Source: the human T2T-CHM13v2.0 reference genome, Homo sapiens
DNA: 64,000 bases
NCBI RefSeq assembly: GCF_009914755.1
Contig: NC_060946.1
Strand: one strand, 5' to 3'
The translations under genes and the position numbers were made by a program. Positions within the stretch are counted from its first letter, which is position 1, and every line of letters starts with the position of its first letter. The notes under the pieces are model-generated. The model was given only the letters and a program-made list of their open reading frames with translations, had not been told where the DNA came from and made no database searches. Of this stretch, positions 35,051 to 49,300 are shown one piece after another.

Positions 35051-37329
35051 ACCTGCGTCCCCAGCTCCCCCAGGCCCGCCCACAGGGCGCCTGGCTGGGC
35101 CTCCGAGCTTTCCTGTTTTCTCTGCAGCCTGGCTGGGCTTAGGGAGAGGTGGGGGGTGCGCCTCTTGATGCTGGGGACGCGTGTGGCACAGGGAGCCGGG
35201 TGCAGCCAAGGCTTGGAGGGGTGCCCCCCGCCCCACCCAGGTCACACTTCACCCTTCGTGGGGTCGGGATCTGGTCTTTTTACAAGCTAGGCGCCCTCCC
35301 CCCTTTTTTTTTTTTTTTTTTTCTCAAAAATGATCACAGGGAATGAGCCTCAGCCAGGACAGCGGGCTATGAGGCTGCCTGTTGCCCCCACCAGCCTGAA
35401 TTCTGGCAGGGCCCTTCTCCTCCACCCACAGCCCTCCATCCACACCCCTCCAGTGGCTCCAAGGCCCATCTGACTTGGCCTCAGTTCACCTGTTTACTTC
35501 AGGGACACCTGGTTATACTGCCAGAGGCAGGTTGGGGGGCCTGCAGGGCCGGCCTCTCTCAAATCCACTTCTGGCTCTGCGGTCCCCACAGCACTTCCTT
35601 ACCCCTTCCCCATGCTGGAATCTGAGAACCAGATATGGGGGTCCTGGTCTCAGCATCCCTTTCCATCCGGGGTGCCCTGCTGCTGCCAGCTCACGTGCCC
35701 ACCATCCCATCCTCCTCAGGGTCAGTGTGGCTGCAGAACGGCCTCCGGGGAGAGCAGGGTGGGGGCTGTAGCCTGGTGCACCCCCAGCCTGCTGTCCCAG
35801 GTGAATGCAGACCCCTGGCTCAGCTGCTGACCAGATAACAGTGGCCCTTGTGCCGAAGCCTGGGTGGGGGCTGGGGTACCAGCCCCGGGTGTCTCCGGGC
35901 ACAGAATGGCACCCACCCCCACCCCACCCGCAGGCAGCGGCCAGCAGGAGACATTGTCCGTCCCCCTCAACCCTGGCTATTAATAGCTCCTCTGGGCTAG
36001 GAGCGGCTATAAATAGTCCCAGCCCCTCACACAGGCCCATTCAGGCACCCGCTGCCTGGGTGTGCACAGCAGCCACACTTGCGCTCACTCAGAGCTGTGC
36101 ACGCGGGAACCGTGCCACTTCTGCCCCTCCACGCCATCTGCACTGCACAGATCCAGGCTGTCCCTGCAGCCCTCACTGGGTCTCCTGTGGCAGGGGAGGG
36201 CCCTGAACCCTCTGGAGGCTTTTCCCTTGCCCCCTCCCGCCACGCCCAGGGTCCCCTTGGGGCTTCTAGCTACTCTAGGGTCTTGCTCTGGGGCTTCTGG
36301 AAGTCAGATGCATTCACCCAAAGCCAGCCTGGGGCGGGGGGAGGTCCACCTGGAGGGAGGCCCAGCCCCTGCAGAGACCTAAGCCTGGCCTCTGCCCCAA
36401 GCACTGCTGCCTCGGGCCATGAGGCTCACAGGGTCTCCTTAGCCCAAGGCTGGTCCAGCCTCCCACCTGCCCTGTGGGGCAGACGTCACTGAATTCCCAC
36501 TCCTTGCCCTGGAGGCCTCATTGCCGTCAACTAGGCTATGGCCCCCACTGTGACTCCCACTCCCAGGGTGACAGAATGGGCACCTGGTCCAGGAAAGCCT
36601 GCTCTGTGGACCCCCTACCCGTCCACACTGTCCACGCCCCATGGCTAGTGGTGACAGGAGACAGGATGGGGGGCATGGGGGCTGCTGTTATTGTGTCCAG
36701 AGGAGAAAAGGAAAACAATCCTGTTTACGGAAAAGGAATGTCCGTCCACTGCCGCCAGCCAGTGGCCTTCCTGGGGGGACAGAGGCCCTTTGTTGGGAAA
36801 ACAGGAAGCGAGGATTTCCAGGATCTGCCAGGCCGCCCGCCGGCCACCCGCCCCACTTCCGCCAATTCTCGGCAGCCTGCGCTGGCCACCAGCTGCCCGT
36901 CGGTCCATCCACGTTTCTGTCTATCCGTCTGACCGTGGGGCCCAGGCGTACAGCCTTAGCACATCCTGCTCTATGTGGTGCCTCAGTCACACAGGGACAA
37001 ACACCCACAGGGTCCTCGCAGGGCCTGGGAGGGCTGCCTGGGAGCTGAGACCCAAGGAGTGAGGACCCGTGCCCCACATAGGGAAGGGCAGTGCCAGACA
37101 TGGAGAAGGCGGATGGGGCAGGGGCCACGGGCCAGGAACCGGGGAGGCGGGAACAGCCAAAGGGAAGCTGTGCCAGACTCTCCCCTCCCCACCCAAGAGC
37201 CAGGGATGGTTTTGGGGTTAGGGGTCACTGTGTCCTTACTACCCAAACCCACTTACAGTCCATGGCCCACGCGATGCTCGCCTGTCACTGACCCGGGACA
37301 GCATGGGCTCACTCGTGCATGAACACCAG

Positions 37330-37480
37330 ACGTGTGTACACTCAGCGGACACTCACCTGTGCACACACAGCACACACGTGCACACACCACGGACACTCTG
37401 ACCTGTGCACACACAGCACACACGTGCACACTCAGCGGACACTCACCTGTGCACACACAGCACACACGTGCACACACCAG
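37330..37480. repeat. CA-rich tandem repeat
   Basis: ACCTGTGCACACACAGCACACACGTGCACAC x3. Confidence 0.85.
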
Positions 37481-37822
37481 CACCCCCCAGCACGGATGCA
37501 GGCACCGTCATGAGCACGGAGACCACCCCAGGACACCAGCAGCTGCACCCCCCGGCGGGGCTGCACTGGCCGACAGTGCCCAGGGGACTGCTCCCAGCCC
37601 CTGTGGGGGGCTTCTGTGATTCTGTGTGGGTTCCTGTGTGCCCTGTTTGGGCTCTCACCGGTCAGAGGGGGCTGGCACAGTGCCTGTGACCTCAGTCCTG
37701 GGCAGGGCCAGGAGGTGCCAGGAGCAGGCAGGCCTGGGGCAGGACTCTGTTTAGGGCCAGCTGGAGGACCCTCTGCCCCCACCTCCACATCCCAAGTCGG
37801 CAGCTTCCTCCCACTGTGGTGG

Positions 37823-39758
<1,936 letters not shown>

Positions 39759-41100
39759 GCAGTCCATCTTCTGACCCGGAAGACCCCTGCCCTGGTGTAG
39801 GTGAGGGAGGCCCACGTGGATCTACGATGCCAGGTGGGGAGGAGGACAGGTGTGAGGGGACAGCTGGAGCAAGACCCCTGGTCGGGCGTGCCTCAGTTCA
39901 AAGGCCCAGACAGTGCAAGCAGAAGAAGGAGAGGGTGCTGGGAGGAGCCGTGGCAGGGGCCAATCCAGGGCCTCTGGGCCCGGTGAGGGCTTGGGGTTCA
40001 CTCCCATCAGGTGGGGCTGCACCAAGAGGCTGTGGCTGATGCTCAGAGGGTCTCTGCTGCTGAGCACAGGTGGGGACTGGGAGCAGCAGGCTGTGAAAGT
40101 CCCAGCCCGTTGGGAGGACAGGCAGTGGCCTGGCTGGATTCCAGGTCTGTTTTAATGTGGAGCTGATGGAACTTTCGGAGGCCGGGGTGAATGGTGAGAT
40201 GTAGACAATTCCAAGAGCGGACACGGCTGGGGGGGCCAGGGCCTCAGTTCACACCCTGACCTGCCTTTGCGCAGAGCGGCTCCCAGGAAATCACACCCTT
40301 TCTGTGGCAGACACAAAGGTCAGGTGTGAGGGGGCAGGTGGACTGGGAGTTGGAGGAAGGGGAGGGCCCGGCCCTGTGAGCAGAGGGTGACCCTTCCCTG
40401 GCATCTGCTGCTGCCATGTGCCCCAGAACCACGAAGGTGTGTGGGTCCCACATCCACGTGCAGGCCTTGCATCCATGGCTAGGTCCCACGTCCAGTTCCA
40501 GGCCCGACATTCTGGTCCCTGGGTCCAGCCCATGGCCTTCCTCCATGGGCGTGCTGAGGGCCTGCAGCCCGTTCTCTGCCAGCCTGGCCCCTAACACAAG
40601 GCAGTGACCCCAGCCTCTCACCAAGGGGACCCATTAGCCACACTGCATCAGGCCTATGGCAGGTGCTCAGTGCAGTGTGGGCCATGATCCCAGCAGGCCC
40701 CACACCTCTCCAGATGCTTCCTGACCCCAAGGAGCCTGCATGCTGGCCAGGGTGGAAGCAGCTCTGAAGAGTCAGCACTCGCGGTGGCCAGGACCAGAGA
40801 GGAAGGCAGAGTGCCTGTGTCCCAGGAAAGAAGAGGGCATGGCGCCCAGCTGCGGGGCTGCTCTCAGGGCAGCAGCTGCTTTGGGGACACCTCAGCTGGA
40901 GTCTCAGGTCAGGGAACCCTTGTGTCCACACATCCACCTGTCCATTCACCCAGGGGTCCACCCATCCAGCCTTCTGCAGTGCTGACATCCATGGGCTCCC
41001 CAGGTTCATTTAATGGTGAATGAATGAATGAGCCCACTGTTTATCCAGGCGCCACTGTGGGCCATGGCACAAGTGGGCTCTCAGGAAAAACTACTTATCA

Positions 41101-41600
41101 AATGATGAATGAATGAATGTGTGAGAGACAGAGTGAGTGAGTGATTGAGTGAGTGAGTGATTGAGTGAACGAGTGATTGAGTGAACGAGTGATTGAGTGA
41201 ATGAGTGAGTGAGTGAATGATTGAGTGAGTGAATGACTGAGTGAATGAGTGAGTGAGTGAATGAGTGAGTGAATGAGTGATTGAGTGAACAAGTGATTGA
41301 ATGAGTGATTGAGTGAACGAGTGAGTGAGTGAATGAGTAATTGAGTGAACGAGTGAGTGAATGAGTGAACAAGTGAGTGAAAGAATGAGTGAGTGAATGA
41401 GTGATTGAGTGAATGAGTGAATGAGTGAGTGAATGAGTGATTGAGTGAACGAGTGAGTGAATGAGTGAGTGAATGAATAAATGAATGAGTGAGTGAGAGA
41501 ATGAGTGATTGAGTGAATGAGTGAGTGATTGAGTGAACAGATGAGTGAATGAGTGAGTGAGGGAGGGAGTGAGGGAGGGAGGGGGTGAGTGAGTGGGGGA
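41101..41600. repeat. (TGAG/TGAA)n simple repeat
   Basis: Visible array. Confidence 0.95.
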
Positions 41601-43545
41601 GAGAGTGAACTGGCCTCCCAGTCCCCCAGCTGCTCTCTGCTGACCCAAGATCTGGAGGTGCCCAGCTCCCGTCCTGCCCTCCCAGGTCAGTGGTGGCTGC
41701 ATGTGGGAGGGAGGAGGGGTCCGAATGTTGTACTGTGACTTCTGAAGCCACAGGCAGCGCCGGAGTGTCTGGGGAGGACACAAAGCCAGGCTGTTCCCTG
41801 CGCAGGGGCTGGGCCTGCCTGGAGGTGAGCCGGGGCCAGGTAGGCTGGGGCCCGGGGGAAGGAGGGCTGGCCTTGCAGACAGGACACGCTGTGGTGGGCG
41901 CCGGAGCCTCCAGACCCGGGGTCGGCCTCGCCCATGCCCAGCGGCTGGTGTGGACCCCCAGCTGTCTCAGGTGGGGTGGGGTGGCCCCTGGGTGGCGGCG
42001 TTTCTGCAGCCCACCGAGCCACAGGCCGAGAGGGTCCCAGGGAGACTGGAATGCCAGCTCCTCATGGAATGGCCTTGGTGGCTCTGAGCGCTTTGCCTGA
42101 AAATCACTCTTTCCTAAAAATCACTCTAAGGAACTTGCTCCCCAAGCCTCCAAACCCAGAGCAGAGCCCCCGAAGCTGCTTGACAGGCGGGTGAGTGGGT
42201 GGGGCCGTGTGGTAAAGATCGTCTCATCTGAACAGCCCCCGCAGGAGGCCCTGGGTAGGCCTGGCCCCTGGTCGCTGAGGAGTGCCCAGCCCTCCAGGCC
42301 CCTGCAGGTCCCCCCAGCGCCCCACACCAGCCCTCCAGGGTGGGCCTGGCTATTGTCTCATTTCCAGCCAGGCCAGCTCTGGGTGCCATGCAGCCCATCG
42401 TGAGCTGAGAGCGGAACTCGGGGCCCTCGAGGCCCCCCCCACCCCGCCGCCCAGGCCTTTAGGGAAGAACCCACCCACCAGGCATGTCAGGAAGGTCGGG
42501 TTTTCTCCACGGATAAGGATCCCCACCTTCGGGGTCATCGGAGGTCACGCTACCCAGAAGGAAGAAGGTGAACGCAGGCCGTAGGGCTTCCTGGAGGAGG
42601 GGACCCCGGGGAGCAGCACCCAGCCAGCCAGACGCACGGGGGTGGCATGTGTGCATAGGCGTGTGAGTGCTGGCATGCATTTAGCGCCAGGGAGGGAGGC
42701 CCAGACTCACAGTCTTGCCAAGCTAGACACCTTTAGCCCTGGGCCCCCAAGAGGGGCAGCAACCCGGCGGGCAGGCTCCTGGCAGTCTGAGGAACAAGGC
42801 CCGGCTGGTAGGGATGGACATTTCCACTTCAAGACCCGCCAGAATCCCCCACCTGCGGGTCACCCAGGCCATGGCTGGCCACAAGCCGCCCTGCCGGAAC
42901 TGCATGTTCTCAGTGTGGGCCCGAAAGGGATGGGGAGGCTCCTGCTCATCCTCAGCTGCACTCCCGCCCCCACTGCCCCTCTGGGAAGCCCCTGGCGTCT
43001 AACGTCCCATCAGCCAAAGACTTGCCAAGCACAGGCCCAGGCCTGGTCACCCCCAGCAGGGTCACCTCACTCTGGCCATGGAGGAGGTTGTGACACAGGA
43101 TGGCCAGGCCTCAGCCCCACAGAGCTGCCTCCCTGAACCCTGTCCTGGCCTGGGAAGACTGGCTCTCACACTGCTGGGCCTGGGGACCAAGCCTGTGGGC
43201 AGAAGCGGCCCTCCAACGCTCAGGACAGGCCTGGGGTTGTCCAGGCCTCCCGGGTCCTGCCTCCTCCTGGACCTGGCCTTGGTCTGAGCACCTGTTCTCT
43301 CCATGCGGGTACCTGGGCCTCTGAAATCCCCGCTGGTGGAGGAGGTGTTGGGTGGCCCAGGATCACCAGCACACCAGGTGGCAGCCTCCACCCCAGACCT
43401 CAGGCTGCAGTGCCAGGCACCCAGAGCGCCAGGAGCCCACCGCAGTCACAGTGACAGCCGGGCCGTGCATCTTGGGGTGCGCTTGCGCCAGCCCAGAGCT
43501 CCTGACCGCATGATGTCCTGGGGGGTTGGGACCCGGAAAAAAGTC

Positions 43546-44400
43546 TCACTGCTCACCAGCCCCCCAGGAAACTCCGCCCCTTTACAGTGTCGCTGCTCAC
43601 CAGTACCCCCAGGAAACTCTACGCCCCTTTACAGTGTCACTGCTCACCAGGTCCCCCAGGAAACTCTACGCCCCTTTACAGTGTCACTGCTCACCAGGTC
43701 CCCCAGGAAACTCTACGCCCCTTTACAGTGTCAACTGCTCACCAGGTCCCCCAGGAAACTCTACGCCCCTTTACAGTGTCACTGCTCACCAGGTCCCCCA
43801 GGAAACTCTACGCCCCTTTACAGTGTCACTGCTCACCAGGTCCCCCAGGAAACTCTACGACCCTTTACAGTGTCACTGATCACCAGGTCCCCCAGGAAAC
43901 TCCGCCCCTTTACAGTGTCACTGCTCACCAGCCCCCCAGGAAACTCCGCCCCTTTACAGTGTCACTGCTCACCAGCCCCCCAGGAAACTCCGCCCCTTTA
44001 CAGTGTCACTGCTCACCAGCCCCCCAGGAAACTCTGCCCCTTTACAGTGTCACTGCTCACCAGTCCCCCCAGGAAACTCTGCCCCTTTACAGTGTCACTG
44101 CTCACCAGGTCCCCCAGGAAACTCCGCCCCTTTACAGTGTCGCTGCTCACCAGCCCCCCCCAGGAAACTCCGCCCCTTTACAGTATTGCTGCTCACCAGC
44201 CCCCCAGGAAACTCCGCCCCTTTACAGTGTCGCTGCTCACCAGCCCCCCCAGGAAACTCCGCCCCTTTACAGTGTTGCTGCTCACCAGTCCCCCCCAGGA
44301 AACTCCGCCCCTTTACAGTGTCGCTGCTCACCAGCCCCCCAGGAAACTCCGCCCCTTTACAGTGTCACTGCTCACCAGCCCCCCAGGAAACTCCGCCCCT
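43546..44400. repeat. ~40-bp VNTR (CCCCAGGAAACTCCGCCCCTTTACAGTGTCACTGCTCACCAG), ~21 copies
   Basis: Visible tandem array of near-identical units, no spacers. Confidence 0.95.
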
Positions 44401-44519
44401 TTTGGGGCCAGAGATGCTGTGAGAAGTGGCCTTTTATTATATAAAACTGTTTTATGCAGAATTTAAGATGTACATGTGACCCCTGAGATTAAACCACAGC
44501 CCCAAACAGCTCCCTGATT

Positions 44520-44662
44520 TTAGCCTTGTAGGAGACCCTGGGGCAGAGGGAAACTGCTAAACCAGACTTGGATTCCAGACCCACCTGGAAGTTATAAATG
44601 TGTGTTGTTTTAAGCCACTATAATTTGGAGTCGTTTGTGACACAGCAGAGCAACAGATTACC
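44520..44662 (+). mobile_element. MLT1 LTR 3' fragment
   Basis: ATAAATGTGTGTTGTTTTAAGCCACT...TTTGTGACACAGCA. Confidence 0.6.
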
Positions 44663-44812
44663 ATCATGGTGTTGAAGGTAGAGCCAGCTGGGCTTGCTGG
44701 CTGACTCCAGGGCATTGGAGGACGCCAGAGCATTGACCTGAGCCCCTGGCAGGTGTGGCTGGCAGCATTGGGACAAGGACAACGAAGGCTGCAAGTCAAG
44801 AACTCTGCGCTG

Positions 44813-45102
<290 letters not shown>

Positions 45103-46898
45103 GACTTTGGATAAATATGTGTTGTCCAACAACTTTGGATAACAGAAAACACCACAACAAGTTGAGAAATGGATTACAGAAAAAAGAACGAGCTTCGTAC
45201 GTTAGCACCTATAATATCATTTCATCCTGCATTTTGAACAATGAACCCTGAATTCTCATGTGCGCTGGGCTCTGCAAATCATGTGGCTGCTCCCCATAGT
45301 CAGGAAGGAGAGTGGGACTCAGGGGAGGAGGCAGGATGAGCTGAGACCCAGGCTGCCTGTCCCTACCACTGACCAGGACAGCGTTCCAGCCTCCCCGTCT
45401 GCTCAGAATCTGCCCTGACCTGCTCCACACCCCCGCAGGCCCGCAGGGGAGGGCAGAACTAGAAGGGACCAGCGCATAGGGACCTGGGGGTGCTGGCACT
45501 GAGGTCTCTGGGCCTGGGATGCTGACCTTCCCGGAGCCCTGAGCTGGGCCAGGACGAGGTCTTCCCATCAGACTTGCCGCTGGCTAGGTGACCGGCCTGT
45601 CTCACAGATGAAAATATATTCTGAGGCCCAAAGGGGGCCCAGACCCTGACTTTGTGGCCCAGAGCCAGGTTCTCCCCATAACCAGCAGGCTTCTTTACCC
45701 ACAGGCCACTGTCCACCCAAGCCCCGCAGGCAGGAACCCTTGGTATTGGGTGGCCCTGAGCTTGGGATTTGCCGCTGGCTGTGTGGCCCTTCGGAGCCAG
45801 TCCGGCACACCCGCAGGCACACACACATGCGCACTCGCATACAGCCACAGATTACACAGGCACCAGCTTCCCGGGAATCCATTTGTCATGCAAATGCCCC
45901 TCCTGGGGCCCCTTGCCTCCCCAGAGCTGTGTCTGTCCAGGGTGGGGCCCAGGTCCGTGGAGTCCTGCAGTTTCCTGGCCACAGCTATTGGCAACTGAGG
46001 GATGTCTCTCCAAAGAGGACCCAGATCCACGTCCAGGCTTGCCTGGGACCCGATCCCTGCCCAGTGCGGGGGCTGCAGCCTCAAGGCCCAGTCTGGCCAC
46101 CGCCAAGTCCACTGGGAGCCAAGTGTGGGTTCATTCCCTCGTGGCTTCTGGTGCACCAGTGGGGTGGGGGGCCAGGCCTCTTTCCCTCCTTGGCTGCCTC
46201 AAAGCAAGAGGGAGGGACTCTCAGCCCTGTGCCCACCGACAGGCCCAGTCTCCATTCCTCCTAAAGCCCCTCTATGGCCCCCCAGCCCTTGGAGCTGAGC
46301 TTGTGAGAGCCGTCCCCTACAGGGTGGGCTCGGGAGGCAGAGCTGTGAGCCTGCTCCCCGCCCACCCAGAGCCCAGCTGGGGCAGACCCAGGCATCCAGG
46401 CCGGCAGGGTGAGCCTGTGCCCAGGTTGGGCAGCCCCCTATGCTGGGGGTGGCCAGGCTCTGGGCCTAAGTGCTGCCGGGAGACAGGGTGGCTGGGCTCT
46501 GGGATGCTGGCTGAGGGACACAGGCTCCCTCCTGTCCTCCGGGGCCAGTGGACCCTGGGGCAGCCCCCATGCCTGCTGTCCTGTCCCCACACAGCCTGTG
46601 AAGCAGGCTCCAGGCACACATGGGGGCCACGGGGGCAGGTGGTCCAGACGGCTCTCAAGGCAAAGCTGGGAACACTGTCCCATCCCTCTGGAACCCGCCC
46701 TGGTGAGGGGTGCAGGGGCCCTCAGTGGCCACCTTATAGGACCGGGCACCGGGCACTTCATGAGGCTGTCTGCTCGGCCACAGCAGCCCTGCTGATGGAA
46801 GCCAGCCCTGGGCCCACTGCAGCTGAGCCACCCAGGGGCCTGGCCACCCAGAGCTTCCCTGATAGGCTGCGCTGTGCCCGGAGCCCCCCAGTGACTGT

Positions 46899-47916
46899 CT
46901 CCTGCCCAGCCAGGTCCCAGACCCAGGGCAGCCTGCAGGACCCCAGGCCTCCACTCCCGCCACCTGAGTGTCTGTTCTGCATCTGCCCCGCCCCTGCCTA
47001 CTGGCAGCCGCAGCCCTGGGCGGGCCTCAGCCGTCGGCTTTCTCAGGGTGTCTGGGTTGGGGCGGGCAGAGCTGCCCTCTGGGGGTTCCCGTGGTCCCCT
47101 AGAGGGTGGGCTCAGCGGCATCAGCTGCCAGAGAGGCTGACCGGCCCTCATGGCTCTTGACGGTATGTGCAAGAGTTTGCCTGGCGTGGTGGGGGGTGTT
47201 GCTGGCCAGGAACTTTCTTGCCATCGTCTTTCTTGGTGTCTGTCTCCCCTGGGTTCTCTGGACCCTGTCAAGCCTGTATGCTGAGGGTATGCTGTTACCA
47301 GGTGGCAAGGTGTCTCAGGCACTCCTTCAGGGTGAGCAGTCAGCTCCTGCTGCTGCCAGGGCAGAGGTGCAGAGAGCGGGGAGCAGCTGGTGGTGCCGGA
47401 ACCCACAGCAAACCCCCCGCCCTCCAGCCCTGCCCCTGACACACCCCCGATGGCCTGGCGGAGCATCCCACCAGCCCAGCAAGAGGGCTCCTCTCCTCAC
47501 CTGCCCAGGTCCCCTGGGGGAGGGGCCGTCCCTGTCCCCGCTGTCCCCCAGCCCTGGCCAGGGCTGTCCTCAGGGTGGGGAAGGCAGGCCCCCGCCACCC
47601 TCTCAGGGCCTCAGGCCTGGGGCAGGCCAGAGGGCTGGGTGAGGAGCCCTAGCAGGGCCCACCTGCAACTCCCACTGGCGCCCCAGAGAGACTCCGCACC
47701 TAGGAAGGGCCTCGGCAGGGACCAGAGCCAAGCCCTGCCCGCTTGGCCTCTGCCCCAACCCAGATGTACTGAGAAAGCCCAGGGCTGAGGCCCGTCTAGG
47801 GCTGCACCCGCCTGTGGACAAGGGCGGGGCAGATGCAGGACAGGCACTCAGGTGGTGGGAGTGGAGGCCTGGAGTCCTGCAGGCTGTCCTGGGCCTGGGG
47901 CGTGGCTGGGCAGGAG
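46899..47916. repeat. 165-bp inverted repeat (arms 46899-47063 and 47752-47916)
   Basis: Ungapped reverse-complement alignment, ~23 mismatches by hand count (~86%). Confidence 0.85.
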
Positions 47917-49059
47917 AGGAGTCGCCAGCAGGGCCGGGCAGCGTAAGCCGCTCTCCCTGACGGGGCTCCTTGGGTGGACTTGGTGGGGTTGCCAAGGGGG
48001 TGGCCAGGGCACGAGTGCCACACCCAGGCTGCAGCAGGGACAGCTCCACATGGAGGCCCATGGGCACTGGAACCCCTGGGCGCGTGCCCTGGCCTCGCAG
48101 CCACCCTCCCGGCTGGCCCCCACACCACGGCCGCGTCCCAGGACACGGTGTGCAGCTGGGAACAGGGCGTGTATTTGCTTAGGGCGCCCAGGAGCTGCGG
48201 CCTGTAGGACAAGGGCCCATTGTGTGCCCAGCTGCCCCACCCCCGGGCCTCTCCACGCCCCTCGAACCCCGTCCACACGGCCCCCCACACATGACACCCT
48301 CCGCCAACCCTGCTACCCAGCCCTCTTGGCCTGTGCCCCCACCCTGCTCCTCCACCATCGCCCCTGCCTGCGTCCCCGCAGCCAGTCCTCCATGTTTCCT
48401 CACTTCCCACCCTGACACCCCTCCACCCACCAGGACCCAGGTTCTCCGAGCAGAGGATCAGATTTCCGGCATTGCTGCCCGGGCTCCACGCATCCGGGCC
48501 TCGCTCACGGGTCTCTCTATACACGGGTCTCCACTATACAGAAGGCCGATCAGTGGCCCCTGCCCCTGGAGCAGAGCCCCTCAACCGGCAGGGACACAGG
48601 CTTCCCACTGGAGGGGCCCTGGGGAGAAGTCCTTGGCTGGAGAGGGGGGTGGGCCGTCAGAAACTCCCCAGGCGGGTCCAGCATGCTGGGGGGCAGCACA
48701 GGCCCAGGGCTGGGACCCTCTGCAGTGTGGGTCTCGCAGTGTCCCCCCGCTGGCCAGAGGTGAGGCCTCAGGTGTGGCGGGCACAGGCCATGAGAGCCGC
48801 ACCTGCCCGAGGGCCCTGGCTGTTGGACTTTCCACTCTAGAGGGGCTCAGGGGAGGCTCTGACACCAAGGGAGCTGGACCTCCTGCACCGTCCTGGGGAC
48901 CCAGGCCCTCAGGTCCGCCAGACAAGCCCGGCACAGCCACTGCAGGGCCTCATGTCAGGCACACCCCTCCCGCCCTGCAGTAGCACAGGGGGATTGGGGT
49001 CACCATCAACCACGGGGAAGCACAGAGGGGTGGGGGGATGTGGGGGACAGGGGGGTATA

Positions 49060-49300
49060 GCGGGGGGAGGCGGGCATGGGGCCTGGGCCAGGCTGTGTTA
49101 TGGGGGAGCCGGTGCAGGGGGTGGGGCCTGGGCCAGGCTGTGTTGTTGGGGGTAGTAGGGGTGGGGCCTGGGCCGGGCTGTGTTTGGGGCTGTGGTGCCT
49201 GGGCAGGGCTGTGTTATAGGGGGGTGGGGGGGTGGGGGGCCTGAGTGGGGCTGTGTTTGTTGGCGCAGGGGGGTGTGGGGCCTGGGCTGGGCTGTGTTGT
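49060..49300. repeat. G-rich degenerate tandem repeat (GGGGCCTGGGCCAGGCTGTGTT)
   Basis: Visible repeated units. Confidence 0.7.

Noticed and set aside
41091-41783. His/Ser/Thr-repeat ORFs
   Set aside because: Translation of the (TCAC/TCAT)n simple repeat
43303-44466. 387-aa repetitive ORF; CRISPR-like look of the ~40-bp array
   Set aside because: Head-to-tail VNTR without unique spacers, no cas genes, human context
45769-47160. 463-aa plus-strand ORF
   Set aside because: Non-ATG start, GC-driven Pro/Gly/Ala composition, no recognisable domain or exon structure
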